64,000 nt of DNA from Podarcis cretensis (lineage: Eukaryota), in assembly GCA_951804945.1 (NCBI GenBank), contig OX638149.1, positions 37,200,001 to 37,264,000 of the forward strand, read 5' to 3'. Below, in pieces: positions 23,650-34,009 of this stretch. Both the position numbers and the translations under genes were made by a program. How positions within the stretch are numbered: the stretch's first letter is position 1; the number at the start of each line of letters is the position of its first letter. The notes beneath the pieces were generated by a model. That model was given only the letters and a program-made list of their open reading frames with translations. It ran no database searches and was not told where the DNA came from.

Positions 23650-24427
23650 TTAAATGCCAAAGCAGCTGCTTTGCACGCAGAATGTCCCACGCTCCACCCC
23701 CGGTCTCAGGGTTGGCAGGCGCTCCCTGCCTGAAATCCCGGAGAGCAGCTACCAGCCAGAGCAGGCAATACTGAACTGGACGGGCTGATGCTTCGGCGTC
23801 TCCCGGAGCGCCGCGTGAAAGGCGGGAAAAACTCCCTCCCTGCGCGCGCCCTTCTCCCAACCCCCGCGGCCACCATTCCTGCCCCGCGCACCTCAGGCTC
23901 ACCTGCGCGATCCGTAAAGCGGGCGGACCCGCACCCTCCCGCTCGCACGTCCACTCCAAAATAACCGCCGGAGCATTCAAAACTCCAGCATCCGCTTGCG
24001 TCACAAAGGCGGCCAAGGACGCGAGGAGGAAGCCCCGCCCCGCCCCGGGTCCTTCCGATCGCTTGGTCGGACGCTCGGCTGCTCTTGCCTTAATTAAGCA
24101 GAATTCCCGGATCTCCGAGGGACATCTGTTAATCGGACGCTCGGCTGCTGCTGTCTTGGTGCTCCTCTTCTCACTCATTCTGTCTCTTAGCTGTCGTAGG
24201 AGGGAGGTGCTTGCAGTGCCTTCGCTCCTCTTCACCTCCCGCGGTCCGAAGCCTTCGGGGCGACGCGGGGTCGTAGCGGCGAAGCCTCTCGCTCGCGGGA
24301 AAAGCGGCCGCGGCGGGGGACTGGCTTCAGTTTGAGCCTGGCTTGCTCGCCGGGGACGTGCATTTTCGCCCCAAGTTACCGAAGCACAGCCGGGGAAGGT
24401 TGCGCGGGGCTGGCGGGGAGCGGAATA
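23650..24427 (-). promoter_or_regulatory. CpG island / G2E3 promoter with CHR, E2F, GC-box and CRE-like motifs
   Basis: Strongest non-repeat CpG-dense stretch in the window. Minus-strand motifs: TTTGAA 23976-23981, TGACGCA 23997-24003, GGGGCGGGGCGGGG 24033-24046, TTTTCCCGCG 24294-24303, TTTTCCCGCC 23821-23830. Confidence 0.8.
23903..23970 (-). other. G2E3: Probable non-coding exon 1 of G2E3 (5' boundary approximate)
   Basis: Strong donor CAG/GTGAGC at 23903/23902 inside the CpG island, just downstream of a TTTGAA motif. The TSS cannot be determined from sequence. Confidence 0.6.
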
Positions 24428-24653
24428 CAGTGGTACCTCGGGTTACATACGCTTCAGGTTACATACTCCGCTATCCCAGAAATAGTGCTTCAGGTTAAGA
24501 ACTTTGCTTCAGGATGAGAACAGAAATCGCGTGGCGGAAGCGCAGCGGCAGCGGGAGGCCCCATTAGTTAAAGTGGTGCTTCAGGTTAAGAACAGTTTCA
24601 GGTTAAGAACGGACCTCCAGAACAAATTAAGTACTTAACCGGAGGTACCACTG
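24428..24653 (+). mobile_element. Tc1/mariner-pogo MITE, same family
   Basis: TIRs CAGTGGTACCTC / GAGGTACCACTG, TA TSD. Confidence 0.92.
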
Positions 24654-24658
24654 TATAA

Positions 24659-25029
24659 GGGACGCAGGTGGCGCTGTGGGTTAAAGCCTCAGCGCCTAGG
24701 GCTTGCCGATCGAAAGGTCGGCGGTTTGAATCCCTGCGGCGGGGTGCGCTCCCGCTGCTCGGTCCCAGCGCCTGCCAACCTAGCAGTTCGAAAGCACCTC
24801 CGGGTGCAAGTAGATAAATAGGGACCGCTTACCAGCGGGAAGGTAAACGGCGTTTCCGTGTGCGGCTCTGGCTCTGGCTCTGGCCAGAGCAGCGATGTCA
24901 CGCTGGCCACGTGACCCGGAAGTGTCTCCGGACAGCGCTGGCCCCTGGCCTCTTGAGTGAGATGGGCGCAAAACCCCAGAGTCTGTCAAGACTGGCCCGT
25001 ACGGGCAGGGGTACCTTTACCTTTACCTT
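24659..25029 (+). mobile_element. Full-length Sauria-type SINE
   Basis: tRNA-like head GGTGGCGCTGTGGGTTAA...GGTTTGAATCCC, (CCTTTA)n tail, TSD TACCACTGTAT. Confidence 0.92.
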
Positions 25030-26355
25030 TACCACTGTATCAGCCACCGAAACGGGAGGCGCATCGCTCCGCTGTACTTCGGTTCCTGCTAGTAAAACCC
25101 CATTGCTTTTTCCTAAGTAGATGGGTGCAGGATCGAGCCCAGGGGATGTACTCTCTGGGGGAGCAATTGCAGGGAGGATCGCAACAGAGAGGCAGGGTGC
25201 ACACATTTTACAGCTTGTCAGTTTGTGCCCCAACTTTGCAGCATAAACAAGAGCTGACACACACACGCGCACCCCATTACTGACAAATAAACTCCAGTGT
25301 TTTGGCTTCCTATAAGGCATGGTGAATTATGAAGTCTTAACTCAATTAAAAGGGTAACGCTTCCAACCAATTCATGTTGGCTACTGTGTGAACAGGATGC
25401 TGGGCTAGATGGGTCATTGACCCGATCCAGCAGCAGGCTCTTTTCCCGTTATATTAAAGCTGTATATGTCGTAAATTAAATATTGATTCCCTGAGGTGTG
25501 CTGTTCCCATGTGCTGTTTTCTAAAAATGGGGTGTGATTTGTGAGAACACTACTGTACTGTTTCATTTTAAAATCTCGGAAACTGATTGTGAGAGGTAGG
25601 GTGAAAATTCAGTGCACAGTAATTTAACTCGATAGTGTTATAGAATTGTAGAACTGGAAGGGACTGTGCAATGCAGGAATCTCAACTTTGTAATTTTTTA
25701 TTTCTCCCCAACCCATTTTGACTGAGTTGCCCCAGTCACTCTGGGCGGCTAAAGCATCCTACATCTGTTTGCTCCAGGGATACTATTTTCCAGAGATTTG
25801 CTCCTTTAATGATGAGATATCTTCATTTGCAAAGCAATTCGTTAGCACCCCTACTGAGACAATAAAAGGGTTTTCTTTTTGTCTTTCTAATGAACTGTAA
25901 ATACTCTGCCTCTATTTCTCTACCACATATAAACTCCTCATAGTTTATTTTGGTTTTTTATGTTTTTCGGCCACTTTAGTAGTTGTGACCCCTCACCTCC
26001 CGCATCTCTTCCATTTTTTCTTGTGCATCTAAGAGCATTAGGCCCATGCAGCTATTGGTGCGCTTCCAATTTGGCCATGGTTAGCTGATCACTAGTGTTA
26101 CAGCTACACTGAGCCTTGGTAGGTTGACTGGAAACATGATGCATAACTAGACATTCAGGAAATGTGCTACCACATAGTAGTTTGATATATTCATAACAGC
26201 TGTACACTGGGTTGTCAGGAGTTCCTTCTTGACACAACAGATACTACAAGGTAATTTAATTTGTCTCCAAAATAGCAAACACAACGTTCAGATAAAATGC
26301 TACCTGTGCAGCTCTGCCCAAAACATTTAAATATATGTTTGTACAGAGAATCATA

Positions 26356-26584
26356 CAGTGGTACCTCGGGTTACAGAGGCTTCAGGTTACAGACTTCAGG
26401 TTACAAACTCCACAAACCCAGAAATAGTACCTCGGGTTAAGAGCTTTGCTTCAGGATGAGAACAGAAATCACACGGCGGTGGCAGGAGGCCCCATTAGCT
26501 AAAGTGGTATCTAAGATTAAGAACAGTTTCAGGTTAAGAACGGACCTCCAGAACGAATTAAGTTCTTAACCCGAGGTACCACTA
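26356..26584 (+). mobile_element. Tc1/mariner-pogo MITE, same family
   Basis: TIR CAGTGGTACCTCGGGTTA, internal CTTCAGGTTACA repeats. Confidence 0.88.
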
Positions 26585-27907
26585 GATTGTTTTCCAGTGA
26601 ATCTAATGGAGCTTACTTTCAAATAAGTGGGCAAGGAAAGCCTTGTAGCCTTAATTACAAAATTAAAAGATGATTCCTGGTATGTAATATTTTAGACCGG
26701 AGATCAATATTAAAGTGGCTCACCTAATAGTTCTGTGGTAATTAAGTTTCACATATTCAAACTTCCAACTTACCACTTCTTAGGTGTATCACTTTGATGT
26801 TTGCCATAAAATATAACTTTTTTAAAATACAGCCCTCTTCTATTATATTCTTACATCCTTGTGTGAGTGTTTTGATCCAGAAATAACCTCTGGCTGTGCT
26901 GGGTGCCTTTTAAATTCAAACATGCCACCTTCTTAGCAGCAGGAATTTTTTCACAAAACAGCAATTTCAGGTCTCTTGTTACAGGGTTGCTCGGATAATA
27001 AGTAGCTACGTGAGCAGCAGTGCCTGGGAATGATATTTCCCCTGCTGTGCGACCATGCGGCTTCACTGGGGAGAGCTCAGATGTTGCCTGTACGTTTGCG
27101 TTACTTTGCTCTAATGTGGGTCACAAGTATAATGTGTTTATACGAATGCAAGATCATTCTGCCACATTCCTTGGTCTTTGAAGCAGGCACAGGCTCAATT
27201 GCTCTTCATTTCCCTCTTCCTTGTTTCACACTTTTAATGGTTCGTCTTTTCAGATGCATTTGAATGTGAGTTTCAGATTGATCAGAAGCCCAATTAAATG
27301 TGAGTCAATTGAACACAGGTAGGATTTGGCTTGGTGCGGCATCCAACTGATACAATTTTTGTTTCTTGCACCTGTGCTTTGAAACTAGTCATTCAGGTTT
27401 AGCTGCAAACTAAAAGATATTTGGGCTGAGGGGACAGTCTAATTTTAGGTATGCAAAGTTGTGATAATGATTAATGTAATTTCCAGTTGTTTCATTAATT
27501 CATCCATCAGATGAGTCACAAGATTCCCATTGTTAACTACAGTGTAGAGATAAATGCTAGCAAATGTCCCATATCTCCTCAACTTCCAGCCAACCAACCA
27601 TGAGACTCAGTTTAAAAATATGGCTGCCAGACTTCCTTGGTATCTGCAGCACTGCATCTCACCTAGGCGATGTTGGCCGTGACTGCTAAGATGTGACCAG
27701 TAATTGCCAGATTTCATTTTGAGAGACAGTAAGCACAGTTTGTCTTACTACAGATCCCTTCGGATATCCTTTCCAGTCCCATTAACCACTTTTCTAAAAT
27801 CAGCTTTACAGTGTTACAGCACTATAAAGCTTTTGTTTTAAAGTTGTATTTCACTATTTTAATATTTTGAAAATGTAGCTGAAAAAGCATTCCTGTACTA
27901 ATTAAAA

Positions 27908-28240
27908 GGGACACAGGTGGCGCTGTGGGTTAAAGCCTCAGCGCCTAGGACTTGCCGATCGAAAGGTCGGCGGTTCGAATCCCTGCGGCGGGGTGCGCTC
28001 CCGCTGCTCGGTCCCAGCGCCTGCCAACCTAGCAGTTCGAAAGCACCTCCGGGTGCAAGTAGATAAATAGGGACCGCTTACCAGCGGGAAGGTAAACGGC
28101 GTTTCCGTGTGCGATGGCCACGTGACCCGGAAGTGTCTCCGGACAGCGCTGGCCCCTGGCCTCTTAAGTGAGATGGGCGCACAACCCCAGAGTCTGTCAA
28201 GACTGGCCCGTACGGGCAGGGGTACCTTTACCTTTACCTT
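27908..28240 (+). mobile_element. Sauria-type SINE with internal deletion
   Basis: Near-identical to 24659-25029 but lacks the GCTCTG-repeat segment; TSD TACTAATTAAAA. Confidence 0.92.
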
Positions 28241-28709
28241 TACTAATTAAAAGATTAAAATGTTAGAAAGGCATGGGAAGACAAAACTGCTCCCATTGCA
28301 AAGTTAGAGTGAATGTGTGCTTAGTTTTAAACAGTCATTCAGGTAAATTGAACCTCCCCCACTATGGCAACTACGTTATCCCTACTGGTTTTAGTATATT
28401 GGATGTAACTGGATGTACATATAGAAAAAGGATAAAACTCCCAGTAGTCAATTGCAATTCCACTTGATGGGTCATTATTTGGTAGCCCTAGCAGTCACTT
28501 ATCTGGAAGTAGTAGCCTAGTAGCTGGGAAGCATTTGTGTATTTTCTTTATCCCATTTTTCCTTTCTCCCACTTAGGATTATCATTTTAAATATTAAATA
28601 ATACATGGCAGAGGTGTGGATACTCAGTTCCAGTGCATTGATAAGAGCTATCACAAGTCTTTGATGGTGATGGCCATTGACAAATAGTCCCTGCTACCAA
28701 CAGGTTATA

Positions 28710-29055
28710 GGACGCGGGTGGCGCTGTGGGTTAAACCACAGAGCCTAGGACTTGCCGATCAGGAGGTCGGCGGTTTGAATCCCCGCGCCGGGGTGAGCTC
28801 CTGTTGCTCGGTTCCTGCTCCTGCCAACCTAGCAGTTTGAAAGCACATCAAAGTGCAAGTAGATAAATAGGTAGGTAAACGGCGTTTCCGTGCACTGCTC
28901 TGGTTTGCCAGAAGCGGCTTAGTCATGCTGGCCACATGACCCGGAAACTGTACGCTGGCTCCCTCGGCCAATAAAGCGAGATGAGCACCGCAACCCCAGA
29001 GTCGGTCACGACTGGACCTAATGGTCAGGGGTCCCTTTACCTTTACCTTTACCTT
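28710..29055 (+). mobile_element. Sauria-type SINE, second subfamily
   Basis: Head GGACGCGGGTGGCGCTGTGGGTTAAACCACAGAG, (CCTTTA)n tail, TSD TACCAACAGGTTA. Confidence 0.92.
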
Positions 29056-29511
29056 TACCAACAGGTTAACTTGCTCCAGCACTGTCAACTTCCAGTTTCA
29101 ACCTCATGCACCTGTTTTTCTCCTTCAATCAAAACTTACAGGAGAAAGATTCATAAAACTGTCCATTGCATGTGTTTTGGTAAAGATGAGATCTTATCTG
29201 TGAACAAGAAAGAGCAAAGTATCTGTGATAGCTTTGCTTCCTCTTGTCATTGTCTTGGGACTTGCAGTATAGATAAGAAGGGCTTGTGATTTCACAAAGT
29301 CAGAGGATGCACATTCGTCTTGAGGCTTTACATTATGAGTTGTATTCAGCTAATTTTTAGTGCACACTTTAACATAAATTGACCCAAGTTCATTGCCATT
29401 AATTTCAGTGACTCTACTTGAGTAGTAGTTTCCTGCAACTCTGTTGTTTCACTCTCTGTCCGTTCTCACAGTTGTCATGCTCTTATTCCCCACTCAGGCC
29501 TGGCCTAGTTA

Positions 29512-29735
29512 CCATATTTTTCCATGTATGGAAGCCCTTTTCTAATGAATTTTTTTAGTGATAAATTGGGGGTCGTCTTACACACAGGCTAATATGGTGT
29601 CACAGCAGGGGGGCATTAGAAAACAGCTCAACAGCTCAGCAAACTTCAACAACAGGTTTTTTTGGGTTTTTTGCAATTTCCCAAAAATAGGGGACATATT
29701 ATACATGGGGTCATGCTATACATTGAAAAATATGG
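29512..29735. mobile_element. TA-flanked MITE with CCATATTTTTC TIRs
   Basis: TA-CCATATTTTTC...GAAAAATATGG-TA; related copy at 58758-58924. Confidence 0.7.
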
Positions 29736-29853
29736 TACATTATAGAAAACTCCCCTTATTTCAGTACCGTATTTTTGCCAGCACAGAGTTTCACAGAGAC
29801 TTTGGTAATGGAACCACTCTGATGGCACATATGGTTTGATGCAGGGAGTTCAC

Positions 29854-30000
29854 CCTCCTCCTTCTCCTCCTCCTCCTCCTCCTCCTCCTCCTCCTCCTCC
29901 TCTTCTTCTTCGTCTTCTTCTCTGTCCTGAAGTTCTTCCATCATGTTCTGTATGCATGGATCCTGAAGTTCTTCCATCATGTTCTGTGTGCATGGATCCT
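29854..30000. repeat. (CCT)n/(TCT)n microsatellite followed by a 36-bp tandem duplication
   Basis: TCCTGAAGTTCTTCCATCATGTTCTGTRTGCATGGA at 29925-29960 and 29961-29996. Confidence 0.9.
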
Positions 30001-30512
30001 TAGCTTGTGACTGCTTGATTACACCAAAGCCATTTCATACAAGTAGTCCATCCTTGTTTACAATAGTATTGAAACTTCACCTTTGTAGGAATGTCTATTC
30101 TACTGTCCTTTTATTTTATATAACACATAGATCCTTATATCTGCTTATGGACCAGGGTATACTATAATAGGAAACTGTTTTCTCAGAGCCACCTATTCAC
30201 ACATGATAATATCCCTACCTCCATCTTAATGCCATTTGTGACAGATGCGTGAATATGTTGCAGCATGAGTGAAAATAGATGTGTGTGTTCTTTACAGTTG
30301 ACAGTGTACATATGGACACATATGATTTTCTACTCGGAAGAAGTGATACTGATGGTTGTTTTACCCCTCCATAAAGCAGCTTTGTAGAATAACGAGTCAC
30401 CACTAGATGGCATCAAAGAATTTCTTAGTTATCCATAGCAGAAGAGACACCAAGAAAACCATGAAGTACAAAATGATTTGCTTCAGTAAAATAAGTGATC
30501 TATACTGACAAG

Positions 30513-30671
30513 CAGTGCTTTTTTATGGGGGGTACCCAGGGGTACGCATACCCCTAAACATTTTGTGAATCTAAGTTTGGCTTCATTGAGGGGCATTGAG
30601 TGGCAGTATTTCAATATGAGTAGGAAAATGAAAGTACCCCTAAACTTTTTTTATTTTGAAAAAAAAAGCTT
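30513..30671. mobile_element. hAT-type MITE, family shared with 37988-38178
   Basis: CAGTGCTTTTTT...ACGCATACCCCT...GTACCCCTAAA; imperfect TSD CTGACAAG/CTGATAAG. Confidence 0.7.
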
Positions 30672-30739
30672 CTGATAAGTGAAATGTGATAATTTAAGTG
30701 AAGGTATAAGGATTCAGCTGCCGAATTCCATTAAACTCT

Positions 30740-31025
30740 GGAATACAGATGCCACAAACTTGAACCACTGTAAAAGAGAATTAGACAAATCAATGGAGGG
30801 GAAGGCCATCAGTGTCTACTTGCCTTAATGGTTTTGCTTTACGTCCACTGTCAGCAGTTTGCCCCTGAATACCAGTTGCTGGGAATCAGAAGAGGGTAGA
30901 ATGCTGTTGTGCACACACTCTGCTTGTGGGCTTCTCATAGTTGCCTGGTTGGCCAGAGTGAGAATTAAATGCTGGACTAGATGAGCCATTTGCCTGATCC
31001 AGCAGGACTCGTCTTAGGCTCTTAT
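30740..31025 (+). mobile_element. CR1-like LINE 3' end
   Basis: AAAAGAGAATTAGACAAAT...GAAGGCCATC then GCTGGACTAGATG...CCTGATCCAGCAGG; related fragments near 4220, 5220, 10400, 23500, 25400, 61400. Confidence 0.6.
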
Positions 31026-31387
31026 TCTCCAAGCCATGATTCAAGGATGAATGTATGGAGAGCAGATAGTCAGCTGTTGTGACCTTCCTTTTGTACTTTT
31101 TTGGCCCACGGTCAGACTCAGACTTCAGGCTTATTGAGAGCTGGGCTTAATTTCTGCTTTTTCTTTAGTCCCTAGGTAAACCTCCCTTTCTGCTAACAAA
31201 TGTAGAATGCAACTGTCTCGGAAGCAATCCCTATTATGCTCGATTAGACTTACGTGCATAGGATTATAAACCTTTGTGTTTTGAAAAAGCATCCTTGTCT
31301 TGCTTGCTCAAGCCTGCTGCTACTTTGACCCCTGGCCCTGCAAACGTTATTCTTATCATTCCCACTACTTGCTTCTCTCCCTGCATC

Positions 31388-31769
31388 CACTGGCGTAGCT
31401 AGCCGCTCAGGTGCCTGGTATGGGGCTGTGCCCTGCAGCCAGGGGCGGGGCGATCTGTCCGTGGGGGAAGCGAACTGCCCATGGTGTCGGGGCAAACCTC
31501 TCTGACGCTTGGAACCTCTCCGCCGCCTCCCCCTCAGCCGTAGGGCGGCTGAGGGAGAGGCAGTACGCAGATGCAAGTTTCACGCTGCTGTTTCAGGCAG
31601 CGGCGAACCTGCAGGCGCCTAAGCCACCAAGTCACTCCTAAAAAGTTTGGTGAGCCCAATTTTTTATTTTTTATTTATTTTAAACTCATTTTCTCACCCC
31701 CCCCCTCAGTGATGACACCTGAGGTGGACCGCACCCCCCCACACCCCGCACCTCCTTCCTCCACCACTG
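31388..31769. mobile_element. GC-rich hAT-type non-autonomous element (382 bp)
   Basis: Perfect 8-bp TSD CCTGCATC (31380-31387, 31770-31777); ends CACTGGCG...CACCACTG. Confidence 0.8.
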
Positions 31770-31812
31770 CCTGCATCTGCCTCAATTGCCTGGGTTGCCT
31801 TTCTGGAATTGA

Positions 31813-31832
31813 CATCATCATCATCATCATCA

Positions 31833-31863
<31 letters not shown>
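31813..31863. repeat. (ATC)n(ATT)n microsatellite, probably the tail of the adjacent minus-strand L1
   Basis: Direct reading. Confidence 0.85.
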
Positions 31864-31864
<1 letters not shown>

Positions 31865-33600
31865 TTCATTGTATTTTTAATAGGTATAGAACAGGAAAAG
31901 CAACATCCCAATTACAAACAAGAAACGGACCATAACAAGGGATGAGAAAGCAAACATAGTTTTAGGCATGTATGGCATACAAAAGTCATAATGGACAAAT
32001 GTAAAAGTTTGGTTACAAAAGAAGATCATCAGGATTAAACTCAAGAAAAAGACAGCACCAAAACATTGCATGATCCAGTCAAGTATATTTCCACATATAC
32101 CAAGCTTGTGATGACAGTTGTCTAGAAAATAGTGTTATCAGCTTATAGAGTGCCCGGGCTCCCCTTCTCATTCCTGGGTGCCAAACTCTGGATTTAGCAT
32201 GTTAAAATGCAAGCCAGGAGCCAGTTTTGTATTGTGCCGCTAAAGATGGGCCATTAGCAGGGAACAAGGGCAGGCAGATGGGTTACCAGCAGAGCAAAGA
32301 CTCTGTGCCAGCAAATGGTTGCAGCCCTTCCCTGAGCTCTGGGTATTTAGCAGAACACAATACTAGAGTACTGAGGAGGGAGATTCAGGATTGCAGTTGA
32401 GGATGATGCAAACTGGAGGGGAACAGCTGCAGCTTGCAAGCTGTGGCAAGTTGGAGAGTAGGTGGCCAGAGAACAATGTGGGCTGACAATTTTAACTGGC
32501 CACTGGAGCAATTGGAGAAACAATGGGAGTGCAATGTTTTGAACCCCTCCGTCATAAGTTCAGGTTGTATATATGTGTAAATAAACCATATGTCATAAAG
32601 ACACCACAATCTCCACTGTGCTTCATTTCCAAAGGAAACACAAATCCTGGACCCCTGGAATCTCGCACCATTGGGAGATTGGGATAGTGTGTAACAATAT
32701 ATTGTTTGCTGTAAAATAAATAAAAGATTCTTGTCCTTGTCTAAATTTTAAATGATGTATGATTTTTTTCTGTAATTGCCATGTTCCATAAAGAATGATA
32801 CCACCTGTCCAGCATGAGATCTTGAGCTGTTATCAATTGAGTTGTAAGAACAAGACGGGCTGCTACAATCATATGTTAGCTTTCCCTCCATCAAAAATAT
32901 TTAACAGCATCTGTTTAGGCCAACATATAATCTGTTCCTTAGAAAGATCAATCATTTCTGCGTGAACCAACTTCCAGAACTTTTTAACAATGGTACAATC
33001 ACCATCGGTAGTGGCATGTGCCATTGTGCCACATTGCCTGAAGCCTCTCCAACATAATGGTGGTATTGATAAGAACATCGGAGATAGTTGCCTTGGCATG
33101 CAATACCACCTGTGGAGTAATTTGAGTGTTTTCTTGAAAAAAGCTGGATACTGATTTCAATGGGCAAGTTTCCCAAAATTTGTTCAAGTCATTAACCTGA
33201 ACTGTTTTCACCAATGTCTGATTCCCATACTTTCATAAGTGTTCTCATGGAGCCAAAAGTTACAGTTAAAAAAATTGTTGTTTTTTTTAGATCAGAACTT
33301 TTTCACCTCTTCTCATTTCAGTCATTAGGTTCTCAGTTTAGGTTAATGGCCTCAGGGCTTCCCTTTTCATATAGTATTTTGTAATGAAGCTGAAAATTTG
33401 ATTGGAAAATATCCAGATTGTGTGGAAGTTGTCTGACCTCTTTTTGAGTCTTGCATATTATTCTATTTTTGGCGATGTGCACCAATGGACAACCTGAGCG
33501 CATTTGGTTCCGTTTCCCTTTTCACATTCAGCCGGCTGAAATTCTTGTACCATTTTTCACTCATGTGCTAGACTTTCCTTTTCGGTTTATGGCATGGCAT
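31864..33600 (-). mobile_element. Decayed L1-type LINE 3' portion interrupted by a solo LTR
   Basis: Minus-strand translation CWRGFRQCGTMAH...CTIVKKFWKLV...P..MLL resembles the L1 ORF2 C-terminal Cys-rich region; frameshifts and stops present. Confidence 0.65.
32133..32696 (+). mobile_element. Solo LTR (564 bp)
   Basis: TGTTA...TAACA termini, imperfect 4-bp TSD ATAG/ATAT, internal TATA-like run and AATAAA near 32580. Confidence 0.7.
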
Positions 33601-33767
33601 ATGTAAAGTATAAAAAATTATAAAATGCATTTATAGTCCTCTTTTTTCCATGAAGTGGTTTACATACAGATCCCAAGTAAGCTACGTACACATTGACAGC
33701 TCGAAATATGGTGAGGCTTTTCTCTTCAGCTGTGTTTTAAGTTGCAGTCGTGCTGCTGTACAGACGA

Positions 33768-34009
33768 AAGAAGAAGAAGAAGAGTTTGGATTTGATATCC
33801 CGCTTTTTTACTACTCGAAGGAGTCTCAAAGCGGCTAACATTCTCCTTTCCCTTCCTCCCGCACAACAAACACTCTGTGAGGTGAGTGTGGCTGAGAGAC
33901 TTCAGAGAAGTGTGACTGGCCCAAGGTCACCCAGCAGCTGCATGTGGAGGAGCGGAGACGCGAACCCGGTTCCCCAGATTACGAGTCTACCCCTCTTAAC
34001 CACTACACC
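33768..34009 (-). mobile_element. tRNA-derived SINE with (TTC)n tail (Squam3-like)
   Basis: Reverse complement of the family at 1834-2065. Confidence 0.85.

Noticed and set aside
23507-24235. 242-aa minus-strand ORF over the promoter
   Set aside because: Stop-poor GC-rich CpG island running into a CR1 fragment; no recognisable domain, and it crosses the exon 1 donor.
24689-25320. Cluster of overlapping ORFs (also at 28759-29289, 35471-35896, 45243-45855)
   Set aside because: All are translations of Sauria-type SINE copies (VKVKVK / FTFTFT come from the CCTTTA tail).
29756-29980. Poly-Glu ORF
   Set aside because: Product of a (CCT)n microsatellite and a 36-bp tandem duplication.
31571-31945. 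ORFs with poly-Ile/poly-Met resembling transmembrane segments
   Set aside because: Translations of the (ATC)n(ATT)n microsatellite.
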